Assembly (NCBI RefSeq): GCF_009914755.1
Contig: NC_060940.1
From: the human T2T-CHM13v2.0 reference genome, Homo sapiens
Strand: one strand, 5' to 3'
Length of the DNA stretch: 64,000 bases
The notes beneath the pieces were generated by a model. That model did not search any database. It was given only the letters and a program-made list of their open reading frames with translations, and was not told the origin of the DNA. This document shows positions 26,487 to 40,219 of this stretch, piece by piece. The position numbers and the translations under genes were made by a program. Position 1 is the first letter of the stretch. Every line of letters begins with the position of its first letter.

Positions 26487-26689
26487 TAGTCATAATGGGG
26501 ATGATGGAGTTTAGTCATATTGGGGTGATGGAGTTTAGTCATATTGGGGGTGATGGGGTTTGGTCATATTAGGAGTAATAGGGTTTGGTTATATGAGGCT
26601 GATGGGCTTCGGTCATATTGGGAATGATGAGGTTTGGTCATATGGGGTGATGAGGTTTTGTCGTATGGGGGTAAGATAGGGTGATGGGA
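26487..26689. repeat. Minisatellite, about 8 copies of a 23-25 bp unit (consensus TRGTCATATTGGGGTGATGGRGTT)
   Basis: Direct reading of successive gtcatattggggtgatggagtt-like units. Confidence 0.9.
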
Positions 26690-26788
26690 TATAGACAGAG
26701 CTTCTGATCCTGCCTCTGGTTCTGTTTCAATCACAGAAGTTTTGTGTCTCTGTGTTCTATAATAATTAGGAAACATTTAAAAGTATAG

Positions 26789-27138
<350 letters not shown>

Positions 27139-27559
27139 TTCTTCTTCTTCTTTTTTTTTTAGTGGAATACTTCTGCTGTACACAAATTCCCATAATGTGA
27201 ATGGAACCATTGGAGTCCGAGAGGGGAAACCATTTCTCAAAGATTGACTTTGACTGAGATAGAATTAGACCCTAGTTTCTCCTACTTTCTTCTCCTTATA
27301 GGCTCTGCTATAAGGCTGTCAGTAGGTAAAGTCCCCAGTCAATTTTGATGTGCAAAGAGATTCAGTTAACTGTCCCATAAGCCCCCCAAATGTAGCTGAA
27401 TATTTACTTAACACATTGCCATAGCCTGTCTTGAAGATTGGGTAAATGGAAGAGAATCAATTCTAGATTTATCAGTTTTACTTGGGCCACCTTTCAACTA
27501 GTTCATGACCTTATTTGGGTCAATTCGTTTAGTAATAATCCCTTGATCTGAGGCCTTGT

Positions 27560-27733
27560 GAAGACATTGGGCAGAACAACCCTGCAGATTCTGTCCTGAG
27601 CACCATAGGATGTTTACCTGGTCTCTAATCCCTAGATGCCAGTAACTGCCCACCCCTTTCCTAGATGTGACAATTCCAGACACTGTCAAATATCTCCTGA
27701 ACTGCAAAATCACTCCCAGTTGAGAACCCACTG
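27560..27733 (+). mobile_element. MER20 (hAT-Charlie)
   Basis: taggatgttta...ctagatgccagt...tccagacactgtcaaatatctcctg...caaaatcactcccagttgagaacccactg. Confidence 0.8.
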
Positions 27734-28435
27734 ATGTGATTTGGGCACTGAAATAACTTATTTGATCATCAATTCTTAGTAATATCTAGAAGAAAACTAA
27801 ACTCACAGTCTAAAACAATATTACTCTTGTCTTAGAATGCAAAACCAGAATTTGAGTAAAGATGGATACAGTTTTTAGAGTTTTTTTAACTGATTTATGA
27901 TAACCGAGTTGTGCAGGCATTGAAGTGTTTGCGGATGTTTCAAATGACCTACTTTTCATGAACATCAAATTTTGATCTATCTGTAGGGAAAAATGGATTG
28001 ATAGCTGCTATCAAATTTGATAGCAGATCTTGATATAAAAAAAAGTTTTCCTGCTGTAAAATTTTAGCTGTCTGTCACTTACATTATACTATGTCACATC
28101 TCACAATGACATATTGCAATGTAATGCAATGTAAGTCACATAATAGACAACTACAATTCGTAACTTTCTGAGAGCCATTCTCTACTGAAAAGCTTCCCAA
28201 GGGAAGTGAAGGAATCCCTCTGCTGAGGTCATTCACAGCCATAATGCTGCTGGTATGTCTGTGACTTACTCTTTATTTTCACAGCCTAACTTGCTTTAAA
28301 ACGGACCTTCCTCCATTTCTTCTGATTGCAATGGGGCTATCAATCAAGTGGCTCCAGTGGAAAGTGGGGAATTAAACTGACCCATCAGAGGTCTCAAAGG
28401 TGCAGTTAACCTAAAGCAATAGTTTGTGTGAATTA

Positions 28436-29178
28436 AATCATTAGATAAATGCAAATCAAAACCACAATGAGACACCATCTCATAGCAGTCAGAATGGCTA
28501 TTACTAAAAAGTCAAAAAACAGATGCTGGCGAGGATGCAGAGAAAAGGAACACTTATATTCTGTTTGTGGGAATGTAACTTAATTCAAGCACTGTGTAAA
28601 TAAGTCTGGAGATTTCTCAAATAATTTAAAACAGAACTACCATTTGACCCAGCATTTCCATTATTGGGTATATACTCAAAGGAATAGAGATAATTCTACC
28701 ATAAGGACACATGCATGCACTATCACAGTAGCAAATACATGGAATCAACTTAGATGGCCAGCAATGATAGACTAGGTAAAGAAATATGGTAATATATACC
28801 ATGAAACACTACACATCCATTAAAAAGAATGAAATCATGTCCTTTGCAGAAACGTGGATGCAGCTGGAGGCCATTATCCTAAACAAATCAACACAGGGAC
28901 AGGAAACCAAATACTGCATGTTCTCACTTATGAGCAGTAGCTAAACAGTGAAGTACACATGGACACAAAGAAGGAAACAATAGACACTGGGGACCACTCG
29001 GGGGAGGAAGAGGAGGCAGCAAGGGTTGAAAAACTACCTCTCAGGTACCATGCTCATTACCTGGGTAACAGGATTATTCATATATAAAAGCTCAGCAACA
29101 CACAATTTACCCATGTAAAAACACCTGCCCACGAATCCTCTGAACCTAAAATAAAGGTTGTAGAAAAATAAAATAAAA
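28436..29178 (+). mobile_element. L1 3' portion (L1PA15/16 or L1PB-like)
   Basis: atgcaaatcaaaaccacaatgaga; aaaaagaatgaaatcatgtcctttgcag; aagggttgaaaaactacc; ctgaacctaaaataaagg plus A-rich tail. Confidence 0.9.
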
Positions 29179-29189
29179 GATTGATTTAC

Positions 29190-30090
29190 CTCTGGGAAGC
29201 TACGGCCTCATAGGCTTAGGGGCTTGTCATTGAGATGATGCTTTTCTGAAAATAAGACAAGGGAGCCCTCACTGGGATTATTATCTTGTCAATGGGCATG
29301 TGGGTTGGTTTTCAGGGTTCATTCTTTCCAGGGCCAGCATCTTGTACAGGAAACACTCACACAACTGTACACAGCAGCTTTGAGAACATGTCACCCTTAT
29401 GCAGACAGAGAATGGCTCAGTTGGGTCACATGTTCACCACCGAGGCCAAACATAGACCCTTACCCAGGAATTGATTTGGAACCTGGGATAGAGAACATCT
29501 CTTATCCACAAACACCAAGCTATGAGATGCAGTCAGAACTACACTTTTGGAGAGTTATTTTTTTTTTTTTGAGACAGAGTCCTGCCCTATCACCCAGACT
29601 GGAGTACAGTGGTGCCATCTCGGCTCACTGCAAGCTCCACCTCCCCAGCTCAAGCAATTCTCATGTCTCAAGTCTCAGCCTCCTGAGTAGCTGGGATTGC
29701 AGGCCTGTGCCACCATATCTGGCTAATTTTTGTATCTTTAATAGAGACGGGTTGGACCAGGCAGGTCTTGAACTCATGGCCTCAAGTGATCTGCCCGCCT
29801 TAGCTTCTCAAAGTGCTGAGATAACAGGCGTAAGCCATTGTGGCCAGCCCCTTCTGGGGAGTTTTTTTGTTTCCACTCTGTAGAGAGAATGTGCAGAGCA
29901 GATAAGCCAGCATAGAGAAAATTAGAGAAATAGGAAAAACGAAAAACAACCAAACAAAAAACAGGCTCATGCAACGTGCTTGAGGCAGCTGGATCTGGTT
30001 ATTAGACAAGCCATTTAAACACTAGACTTTTTTATTATTTGGATCAATTTCCCTTTACAGTGCAGATAGCTTGAGTGGGATTTTCTGACA
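29190..30090. mobile_element. Old MLT1-type MaLR LTR pieces flanking an Alu
   Basis: 3'-end-like ttccctttacagtgcagatagcttgagtgggattttctgacacttctaaca; tggctcagttgggtcacatg. Confidence 0.4.
29558..29849 (-). mobile_element. Diverged Alu (AluJ-like)
   Basis: Alu dimer with an internal deletion; degenerate TSD cttttggagagtt / cttctggggagtt. Confidence 0.9.
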
Positions 30091-31567
30091 CTTCTAACAT
30101 ATAAGTTTTATAAATGTATTTACTCTCTCCATTTAGTTTTCTCCATCTGAGAAAAAAGCTCTTTTGTGTGAAGCTACATGAAATGCATTCACTCATTTAA
30201 CAGTCTCTCACATTCTTTAATCACAGACTCCATATATTGATTTTCCCTTTGAGCCCACGTATAATTATTTGTGTTTTTTTATCCTCATAATGCTGTAAAT
30301 TATCCCTGGATGTATCCATTTTAAGAGAAGCGTAAGGTTGAGAGTGGCAATAGCTTATAAAAGATGAGCTAGCTAGTGATGGAGCACACAGACAGAACCC
30401 AATCTGTGGGAAATGGTTTCTTCGTCTTGTATGCTTGTCTCTGTCCCTACTCACTTTCATCATGTTGCCTCCGAGAGTCTTTTATGTATTAGAAGCATAA
30501 TAAAGACAAGAATTGTGTGGGATCACGGATAATATAATCACAGCTGTGACAGACCATGCCTTCCCCAGTTCCTCCAATTTTTCTCTGCATCCTCCTTTTT
30601 TCCCCTCAGGCTGCTAAGAAAACAAACAAATGTATTCCATATATCAAGAGGCTCAGACTCATTGCAATATGAGTGTCCTCGCTTCTGTAAGTCCAACATC
30701 TAATGGACCTAAAATACTGGAGCTGGCAGGGACCCAGGAATTAACCAGTAAATTGTAAACTCTATCCGCTTAATCTCCACGACCAGGTTTGGCCTTCACT
30801 TCTTGAGTTACACTGAATCTCCTCCAAGGACTTATGACTTCTCCGATATCTTTCTTTGGTTTTTTTCATCTTTGCTCTTCTAAGGAGGCATACGTCACCC
30901 ATATAACAAAAGCACCTTAGCTGGGTGATGCTCTTAAGAAGGAGAGTTGAAGTGGGAATATTTATGTCCCAAAGGGTAAAAAGTTTTCCTGCTGTTTGGA
31001 AATTCCTGCTGCCATGTAATCCTCATTTATTTGAACCCTTTTATACCTCTCAAGGTCTCCATTTAGAATATACTTCAAGTTGGTTTTAGATAGCTAGTTT
31101 AACCCCTTAAACTCCATTCCCATTTGGTGCCAGCTTCCTTTCATGAAGCCCCACCAACTTTGCTATTCAGTTCACCTGAATTATGGTACTAAAAATCTCT
31201 GCTACTTTCCTCCTGTTCTGTACCATTTGCTCATTCTCATCGCCCTTCTGAGAAGAAAGGGTCCTGGTAAGAGAAGTTCTTTGATGCAAAACTCCACGTT
31301 TTAGTCTCAAAAACAGGATCTAGAACATAATCTGATAAGGCATTTCCAGGAGAATCTTTCACCACCATGCGTTGGATTTTAAATTCTTACTTTGCAATTT
31401 CAACATTTGAAATTGTGCTTTTAAGAAGAAAATGAACAAGCAATTCCTTGTTAATGGTACTTCATTTACTTTTAAAGACACTGCATTAAGAAATTAAATG
31501 AGTAATATAATCCAAATGATGGCTGCCTTTGCTTCCTTACAATTTTTTCAGTTTGTCTACACTTTAA

Positions 31568-31934
<367 letters not shown>

Positions 31935-32196
31935 CACCCAGCATTATTCTTGTACTGAAGTTCTTGTTCTTGTTCTCTGCTTCTTTTCATAAGCCAATGT
32001 GCTTTATTAATGGAAATATTATATTTCTTTGACTCTAAGATATATATATTTTATGTTGTAATGTTCCCAAAATCAGAGTTTCTTAAAGTTTTATTGTATT
32101 TAATTGTCAGTTTTTCTTTCTTAGTTGGACATAAACTGATGTCTCATTAACAGTATCTTACATTTGATGGCATTAAAATATTAAAGTGTGAGATTA

Positions 32197-33123
<927 letters not shown>

Positions 33124-34149
33124 AAAGAATGAGATTAGAGTTTGGGCTTTGGGTCAGAAAAGGCAAAGACAATGCGTTGACCTGTTGTGATTTCAGGCCA
33201 CTGGGAGTGATCTATCCCAGTCGCAAATGGGTCACTAGACTACCGTGATGTATAGTTCTAATGTCCCAATTGAAGTCCCTACTTTGTTCTCTATGAACAT
33301 AAAATCCCCAGAGATATTCAGGGACATATACACTGGTCTAGGTGAGGGCTCTTGTATTTCTGTGTACCTAACTTTAAATCATTTAAGTTTCATATCATAT
33401 TATTAAAAAGTTTATAAACATTGCTTATGTGGAATCACAGTGCTACACAATTCTCATTTCCAGAAAACAGTAAATATTTCTAAATGTTTCCTTTTCATTT
33501 AATGCATTTGAGATACTTTTTATTTTAAAAGTTTAATAATGAATCATCTGTGTTCTTTTTGTCTTAATATATTGTGTACATTTGAGTGATTATGAATGAT
33601 CATTAAAATAGGATAATGTAGAATAAATGTGAATAATGAGAATTAAATGGTAGTTTTGCAAATTTCCAGTATTATTCACTAGATACCTTTGTCCAATTTA
33701 TTTCAGTGAGTTTCAATCATTAGCAAGATACGGGAAGAGCAAAAGGACATCCATATAGAATTAGTTACTTAACTTTTATGGTTGATGTGCAATTTTTTTC
33801 ACCAAAGGGCCACTCCAGGCCTTCTGACTAACTTTCCAGCAAGCAGATTTCCTCCATGTCCACGAAAGGTTACTTTGGGCGCACCATTGTTGTTGTCATT
33901 GCTAGTATTTTTTATTCTAGATATTTCAATGTTTTAACTAATTGACAGTCCTTCAAGACTTTGGCCATATGTTGACTGTCAGTCTTAATTTTTATGCTTT
34001 TCCTTTTTTATGTCTTCTATAACAATTTCTATGTTTTTCTATACCTTCGTTAAATTTAGAACGGAAAGTTGTGCGAGGTTGAGTCAGGACTATTAGCCCA
34101 ATACAAGAGACACTGTTGTCTTCCTAAGAATGAAAAATAAGTCATACTT

Positions 34150-34471
<322 letters not shown>

Positions 34472-35617
34472 TCATACTTTATTTCTTAATGAGTCAGTGT
34501 CATTGTAACGACTTGCAAAGACTTGTGAAGGTCAGATACATAGAGTCAAAAATAATGATTGATATATAGTTGCTGCTCATGAAGTAGTCGGTACAATTAT
34601 CATGTTGTGATCTAGACCTGTAATACCTGAAATAGATCATTTTGATTGTTTCTATCTTTCTGTTGTAATGTTACTCAGTTTTACAACAACTAATATTATG
34701 AGAATCTTCTCTAATGCTTAGCTGATGGTTGCTGACCTATAGTTTGCAGAAAGGAAGCACAGCTTGTGAAAATTATAAAATAAAATAAGAACAGTCTTAC
34801 TGAGCAAATGTTCTGGGAATAAACTGCAAGGATTTAAGAGACAGTGTGTGCTACTGTGGAAAATGCAGCTTTAGCAGCTTGGTAGCCGTGTTCTTTGCCT
34901 GGCAAGTCACTTACTATAGCTGAACTTCAGTTTTCTCATCAGGAAAAATGGCAATAATAATAGTCACCCTGAATATTTATATAGAAAGATAAATGGAGAG
35001 ATAGAAGTAATATAAGTTGTGTGAAATAAATAGGTGCCTAATAAATTTTAGACATTGATTTTTCTTGCAATTTGATATATAATCAATACTGAGTAATAGA
35101 GAATAAATTTGTCTTAAAATAATTACAAAACTCCCAAATAAAATCATAGATATGTAAACATGCTTCCTAATTTATAACATAATTCATATTTCTGAAAAAA
35201 CTATTTCACAAGAAATTATGTTTCTATGGAATGTAACGTTAGCTAGATTATTCTTTGGGGAAATTATATACTACATTGTAGAATACGTATTTATTTTAGG
35301 AAGACAGAAAACTTATAATACTGTTAATATAGGGAGATAGTTTTTTCTTCTCCTTTCTTCCCTACCTACTCAACATGTGAACTTCTTCTCATTACCTGAA
35401 CATATTTCCATTTTCTTCCTTTGAGAAAAAAGATAGAGAATTTTAGATAATTGTCTCTTACCCATTCTAAAACTTTCTTTGTACAACTTTAGCTTACCAA
35501 CATTTAAAACAAAGGCAAGTTTCACATTGACTCACAATATATGTTTCAAAACATGGCCAAAGTTACTTTTTATTTCTTTATCTTTTAAACTATGCACTGA
35601 TAAAATGTTTTCATGCA

Positions 35618-36038
<421 letters not shown>

Positions 36039-37959
36039 TCAAGATACCAAAAACCATCTCATTAATTTCCTTTTGGAGAATCAAGCAAGGTCTTATGATC
36101 ATACGGCCTATGTATTTACAGAAAATACTTCATGAAACTTTTGTCTTTAAAAAACTTTTTTGGACAATCCCTATTTCTCCTTTAAGTAAACTACATTCTA
36201 GGTATATCCCTTAACTTTGACACGCACATAGCGATGTTTCATGTCTGTAAAAGTTTACTAAAGCTTTCTCATTTTGAAAGATCTCTCTGATAAACCAAAA
36301 TGGCATCAAATAAATAGCTTTACAAAATGCTTCTATTTCCTTGTCTCCAGACTTAAATGAAATATATTCCCAAATTACGAACTATTGGGACCATTTGTCA
36401 TATGTTTATTGAGTTATTTTATTTTATGAAAATGATTTAATTATTTAGTTTCTCAAGAATTCTGCCCAAAGATACTGAGAAAGAAAAGCTACAATGTTTT
36501 AGAAGCGTATCTTTTAATAATACTATCCAATATTTTAATATGGAAGATATTTTATACAGTAATTTCTATGGTAAAGATCACTTCCATGATTTTTGAAAGT
36601 TAAAAAAATGAGAAAGTACATAAAGTACCACAGAAATTACAGTAACTTCCATTGGCTTTTATCCTACATTCTTTCATTTATTCATCACAGTGCTTTTGTT
36701 CCAACATTTTCAAACACTTAGAGTCTGTTACAGAAAGTTAAAAGCCTTGTCCAAAGTCACTTCTCTGTTAATTGGTGGACTTGGGACTTGTCTGATTTTA
36801 ACGTTTGTGATATGTCTTCTAACACCACATGTTTGAACACTCAGTATGTTGGGATAGATGAGCCTTTAGCTCCCTAGCATGAACCCACTCATTTTGTAAG
36901 AGAAAAAACTGAGTTCCAGGGAGAAGTAAATCACAGTGTGACCTTGATGGAACTAGCAATGACTGTCTGGCCAAGCAAAAGAATGAAATTCAGGGAAGGA
37001 TGATTGTGCTCAGCATACCAGTACAGTATCACCTTCTTTTCAGACCACCCTAAGATAAACAGCCTCAAAAGGCTGAGGATAATATACTTGAGCAATAGAG
37101 GAAGGAAATTCTAGTAGGCAATCTACTAGAATGAAAGCAAAGGCAATGAGTAACCCAAAAAGATCCAAGCACGGCAATTACTATCTTCCTCAACAAAGTG
37201 CATCAGCACATTGATTTTGGTGGTACATTAGCGAACAGATAGAATAGGCAACAGATGGAATATGAACCCAGTGTCACGGCCAGAGATCAGAACAATAGTA
37301 TTCTCTAGTTTCCAGGAGGCTTCAGTAAACACTGTACACTGAAAGTGAGCTAAAACCTCCATTAACTGACAGGTACCTGAAACAACCATGCATAGGAGCT
37401 GGTAAAGGCATGAACCTCACATAATGCAACTTGTATGAAAAGTATAATGGTTTCCAATAAGCCTGCAAAATGGAATCATCAGCCCCAGTTCACTGCCAGT
37501 ACTTTATCACCAAAGACAGTGATGTCTACGGATCACTGTGCATTTGGAAAGGGCTCACTGACATTCTTTCACCCTGCTAGTATAAAGACATTGAATAGTA
37601 TGGTTCGACATACCTCATCTGAGCTCAGGCATAATAAGGACACCAATATGAAACTCAGAGGGAGAATTAGCTGTCCATGATTAAAGACGCACATCACCAT
37701 TCTGACCAGACAAATGCTTCCTAAAGATGGAATGGGAATGATGGAATCCATGAAGATCTTACACTTCTTTATGTAAGGCCAGGTTCACAAAATTGGGTTA
37801 AGGAGGAAACTTTGTTTGTGAAAGTATAGAAGTTAGACTATGTGATAATTCCCACAAAATCATAATATTGTTCAGACTTGCCTGCAAATTTCCCCACTCT
37901 ATCACAACATTTCATTGTAAATTATAGTTTCCTCTCTAAGATTTCAAATTGTTATAAGA

Positions 37960-38106
37960 CAGAGTCCTGAGGAAAACAAAAATATACTGTATAGAAGGGC
38001 AAAACCTGTGTCTATTTAATTCACTGCTTTATTTCCAATTCCAATTCTTAAGGGTGTGCCTGGCACATGATGGACACCAAATAAATATGTATTGAATGAA
38101 TGAATA
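37960..38106. mobile_element. L2 3' end
   Basis: gtgcctggcacatgatggacaccaaataaatatgtattgaatgaatgaat. Confidence 0.65.
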
Positions 38107-38394
38107 AGGGAAAAAAAGATACCATCCATTATTAATAACCTCAGAAGACAGTGGGGAAAACATTCCTTGAGTCATGTGTTTGCCTTAGCAGTTACCACCC
38201 TGTCCTACAGAGAAAAGAAAAGAGGAAAAACTTTACAGCAACTGTTAACCACCCACTTGCTCTGCCCATAGATAAGGGAAGCCAATACCTGAGTTATTGT
38301 GAATGATTTAAAATGGGCTAAATAGAAGAGGGATAAAGCAGAGGATGGGAATTTCAAAGGGGAAGCGAGAGGGGATTTAAAAAGTGTAACTGGC

Positions 38395-38698
38395 GGCCGG
38401 ACGCGGTGGCTCACGCCTGTAATCCCAGCACTTTGGGAGGCCGAGGCGGGCGGATCACGAGGTCAGGAGATCGAGACCATCCTGGCTAACACGGTGAAAC
38501 CTCGTCTCTACTAAAAATGCAAAAAAAAAATTAGCCGGGCGTGGTGGCGGGCGCCTGTAGTCCCGGCTACTCAGGAGGCTGAGGCAGGAGAATGGCGTGA
38601 ACGCCGGAAGCGGAGCCTGCAGTGAGCCGAGATCGCGCCACCGCACTCCAGCCTGGGCACCAGAGCAAGACTCTGTCTCAAAAAAAAAAAAAAAAAAA
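38395..38698 (+). mobile_element. AluY, CpG-rich, perfect 16-bp TSD
   Basis: TSD aaaaagtgtaactggc at 38379-38394 and 38699-38714; TTT/AAAA endonuclease site; uninterrupted A tail. Confidence 0.98.
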
Positions 38699-40183
38699 AA
38701 AAAGTGTAACTGGCTTGGCATGTTCAAACCAAAGCATGTATAAGGGCACAGAAGACGGAAGAGAATAACGGAAAATAAAGTTAGGAAGATAGACATTCAA
38801 TCTCATTGCCTGGTGTTTTTCTGCTTTTTAAGTACATATGAAGTTCTATATTTAGCATACAAGACTTTCATAAGCTATGTATTTGCTAAGATACTCCTGG
38901 CTTAAAAATTGGGTCATTCTGTCACTCTTAAATATTCCACTTGCCACTATGTAAATAACTTTATGCTCTCTCCAGCCAAATGAAAAAGAACAATTTTTAG
39001 GTACTCTCCATTTTTATTCTTTGATTAGGTTACTGTAATGATGCTTATGTTCAAATAACTACTTAAGTTACCCAAATACTTCTCTTTCTCTTTCCTCCTT
39101 TCCCTGTGCTTTACTCATGGACAATGTTTGCAGACATGTTCAATCATTGGCCCATCGAGTAAGGGAAAATGGAAAAGCATATTATTAATCATCTCCCAAA
39201 TACCTTATTTAGGTTCCTTATTAATATTTTTATTTGTTGCATTGGGTGAACAAGTGAGATTCAAGAGGTTCATTAAATTTTAATAGAGAGGAAGAGGACA
39301 AGGAAACTATTTATTATCACCAATTTGTCAGTCAATGAATTTTGTACATCATTTAAATTTTTTACTTAATATTTTATTATTTAAAACAACATTGGATAAA
39401 TATTATTATACAGACAAATGTTCAAGATTATTCAATTACCTTGCAGGTTCCCATAGATCGTAATCGGAAGAGCTAACCCTAAATATTCCTAACTATAAAG
39501 CCTGTGCTATTATATATTCCATAGTGTCTCTCCCTTATGTTTCATTCTAATTCATCCCAAGACAATTTTTTTCATGTTTATCTATGCAGAGTGCCTGCTT
39601 TTTTGTTGCCAAATTATTTTCCTGCCTTCTCTATCTACTTCTTCAATAAACTGAGGGATCTGAAGCACTTGGTAGGTGTTACTCAGGTCACATTAGCAGA
39701 TGGAATGTCACGTATGCCCAATGTTGTATCTATAAAGTGCTGAAATTAATGCAAAATGCAAACTTCTGTGCTGTAATGAGTTGAAATAATTGTCAACTAC
39801 ATTTAATATCTTTTTTCAAAAAAAAAGAATTTGCACAGACTGACAGATCATTTTGTTTCCACATTCAATTTTAATATTTGGTTGTGCTTTCCAAAGGACA
39901 GTTATGTTTGTTTAATATCCACAAAATCCCAAGACTGATTTTTATGCTTGTAAGTAAAAGATAAATCAGTAAATAACATTATTATTTAATGAAACAAACA
40001 ACAAAGTGGTATGGACAAGACTGTCTAAATGAAAAACATTTTTTCTAAATAATTCTTTATATTCTTCCTTTATTATTTTATATAATGATTTGGGGCAACA
40101 GTCTCAGAAAGCAAAGTACTCAAAGGAAAGATTCTACGCACGAAGGCATCTTTAAGATAACTAAGCATGTACCAATTTATTTT

Positions 40184-40219
40184 GTTTTTTGATTATTATT
40201 ATTATACTTTAAGTTTTAG
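40184..40219 (-). mobile_element. 36-nt L1PA 3'-terminal micro-insertion with 20-bp TSD
   Basis: Reverse complement is CTAAAACTTAAAGTATAATAATAATAATCAAAAAAC; TSD agcatgtaccaatttatttt at 40164-40183 and 40220-40239. Confidence 0.88.

Noticed and set aside
26487-26689. Regularly spaced repeats resembling a CRISPR array
   Set aside because: Head-to-tail degenerate units with no unique spacers, in a eukaryotic context.
29305-29883. Longest ORF (192 aa) and similar ORFs at 26816, 31650, 32280, 34266, 35479 and 38455
   Set aside because: Translations of Alu sequence (LSPRLECSG / SLLSSWDYR-type peptides); not genes.
37108-37132. 10-bp inverted repeat ATTCTAGTAG/CTACTAGAAT (also 8-9 bp stems at about 37518 and 49786)
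   Set aside because: Roughly the number expected by chance in AT-rich 64 kb; isolated.
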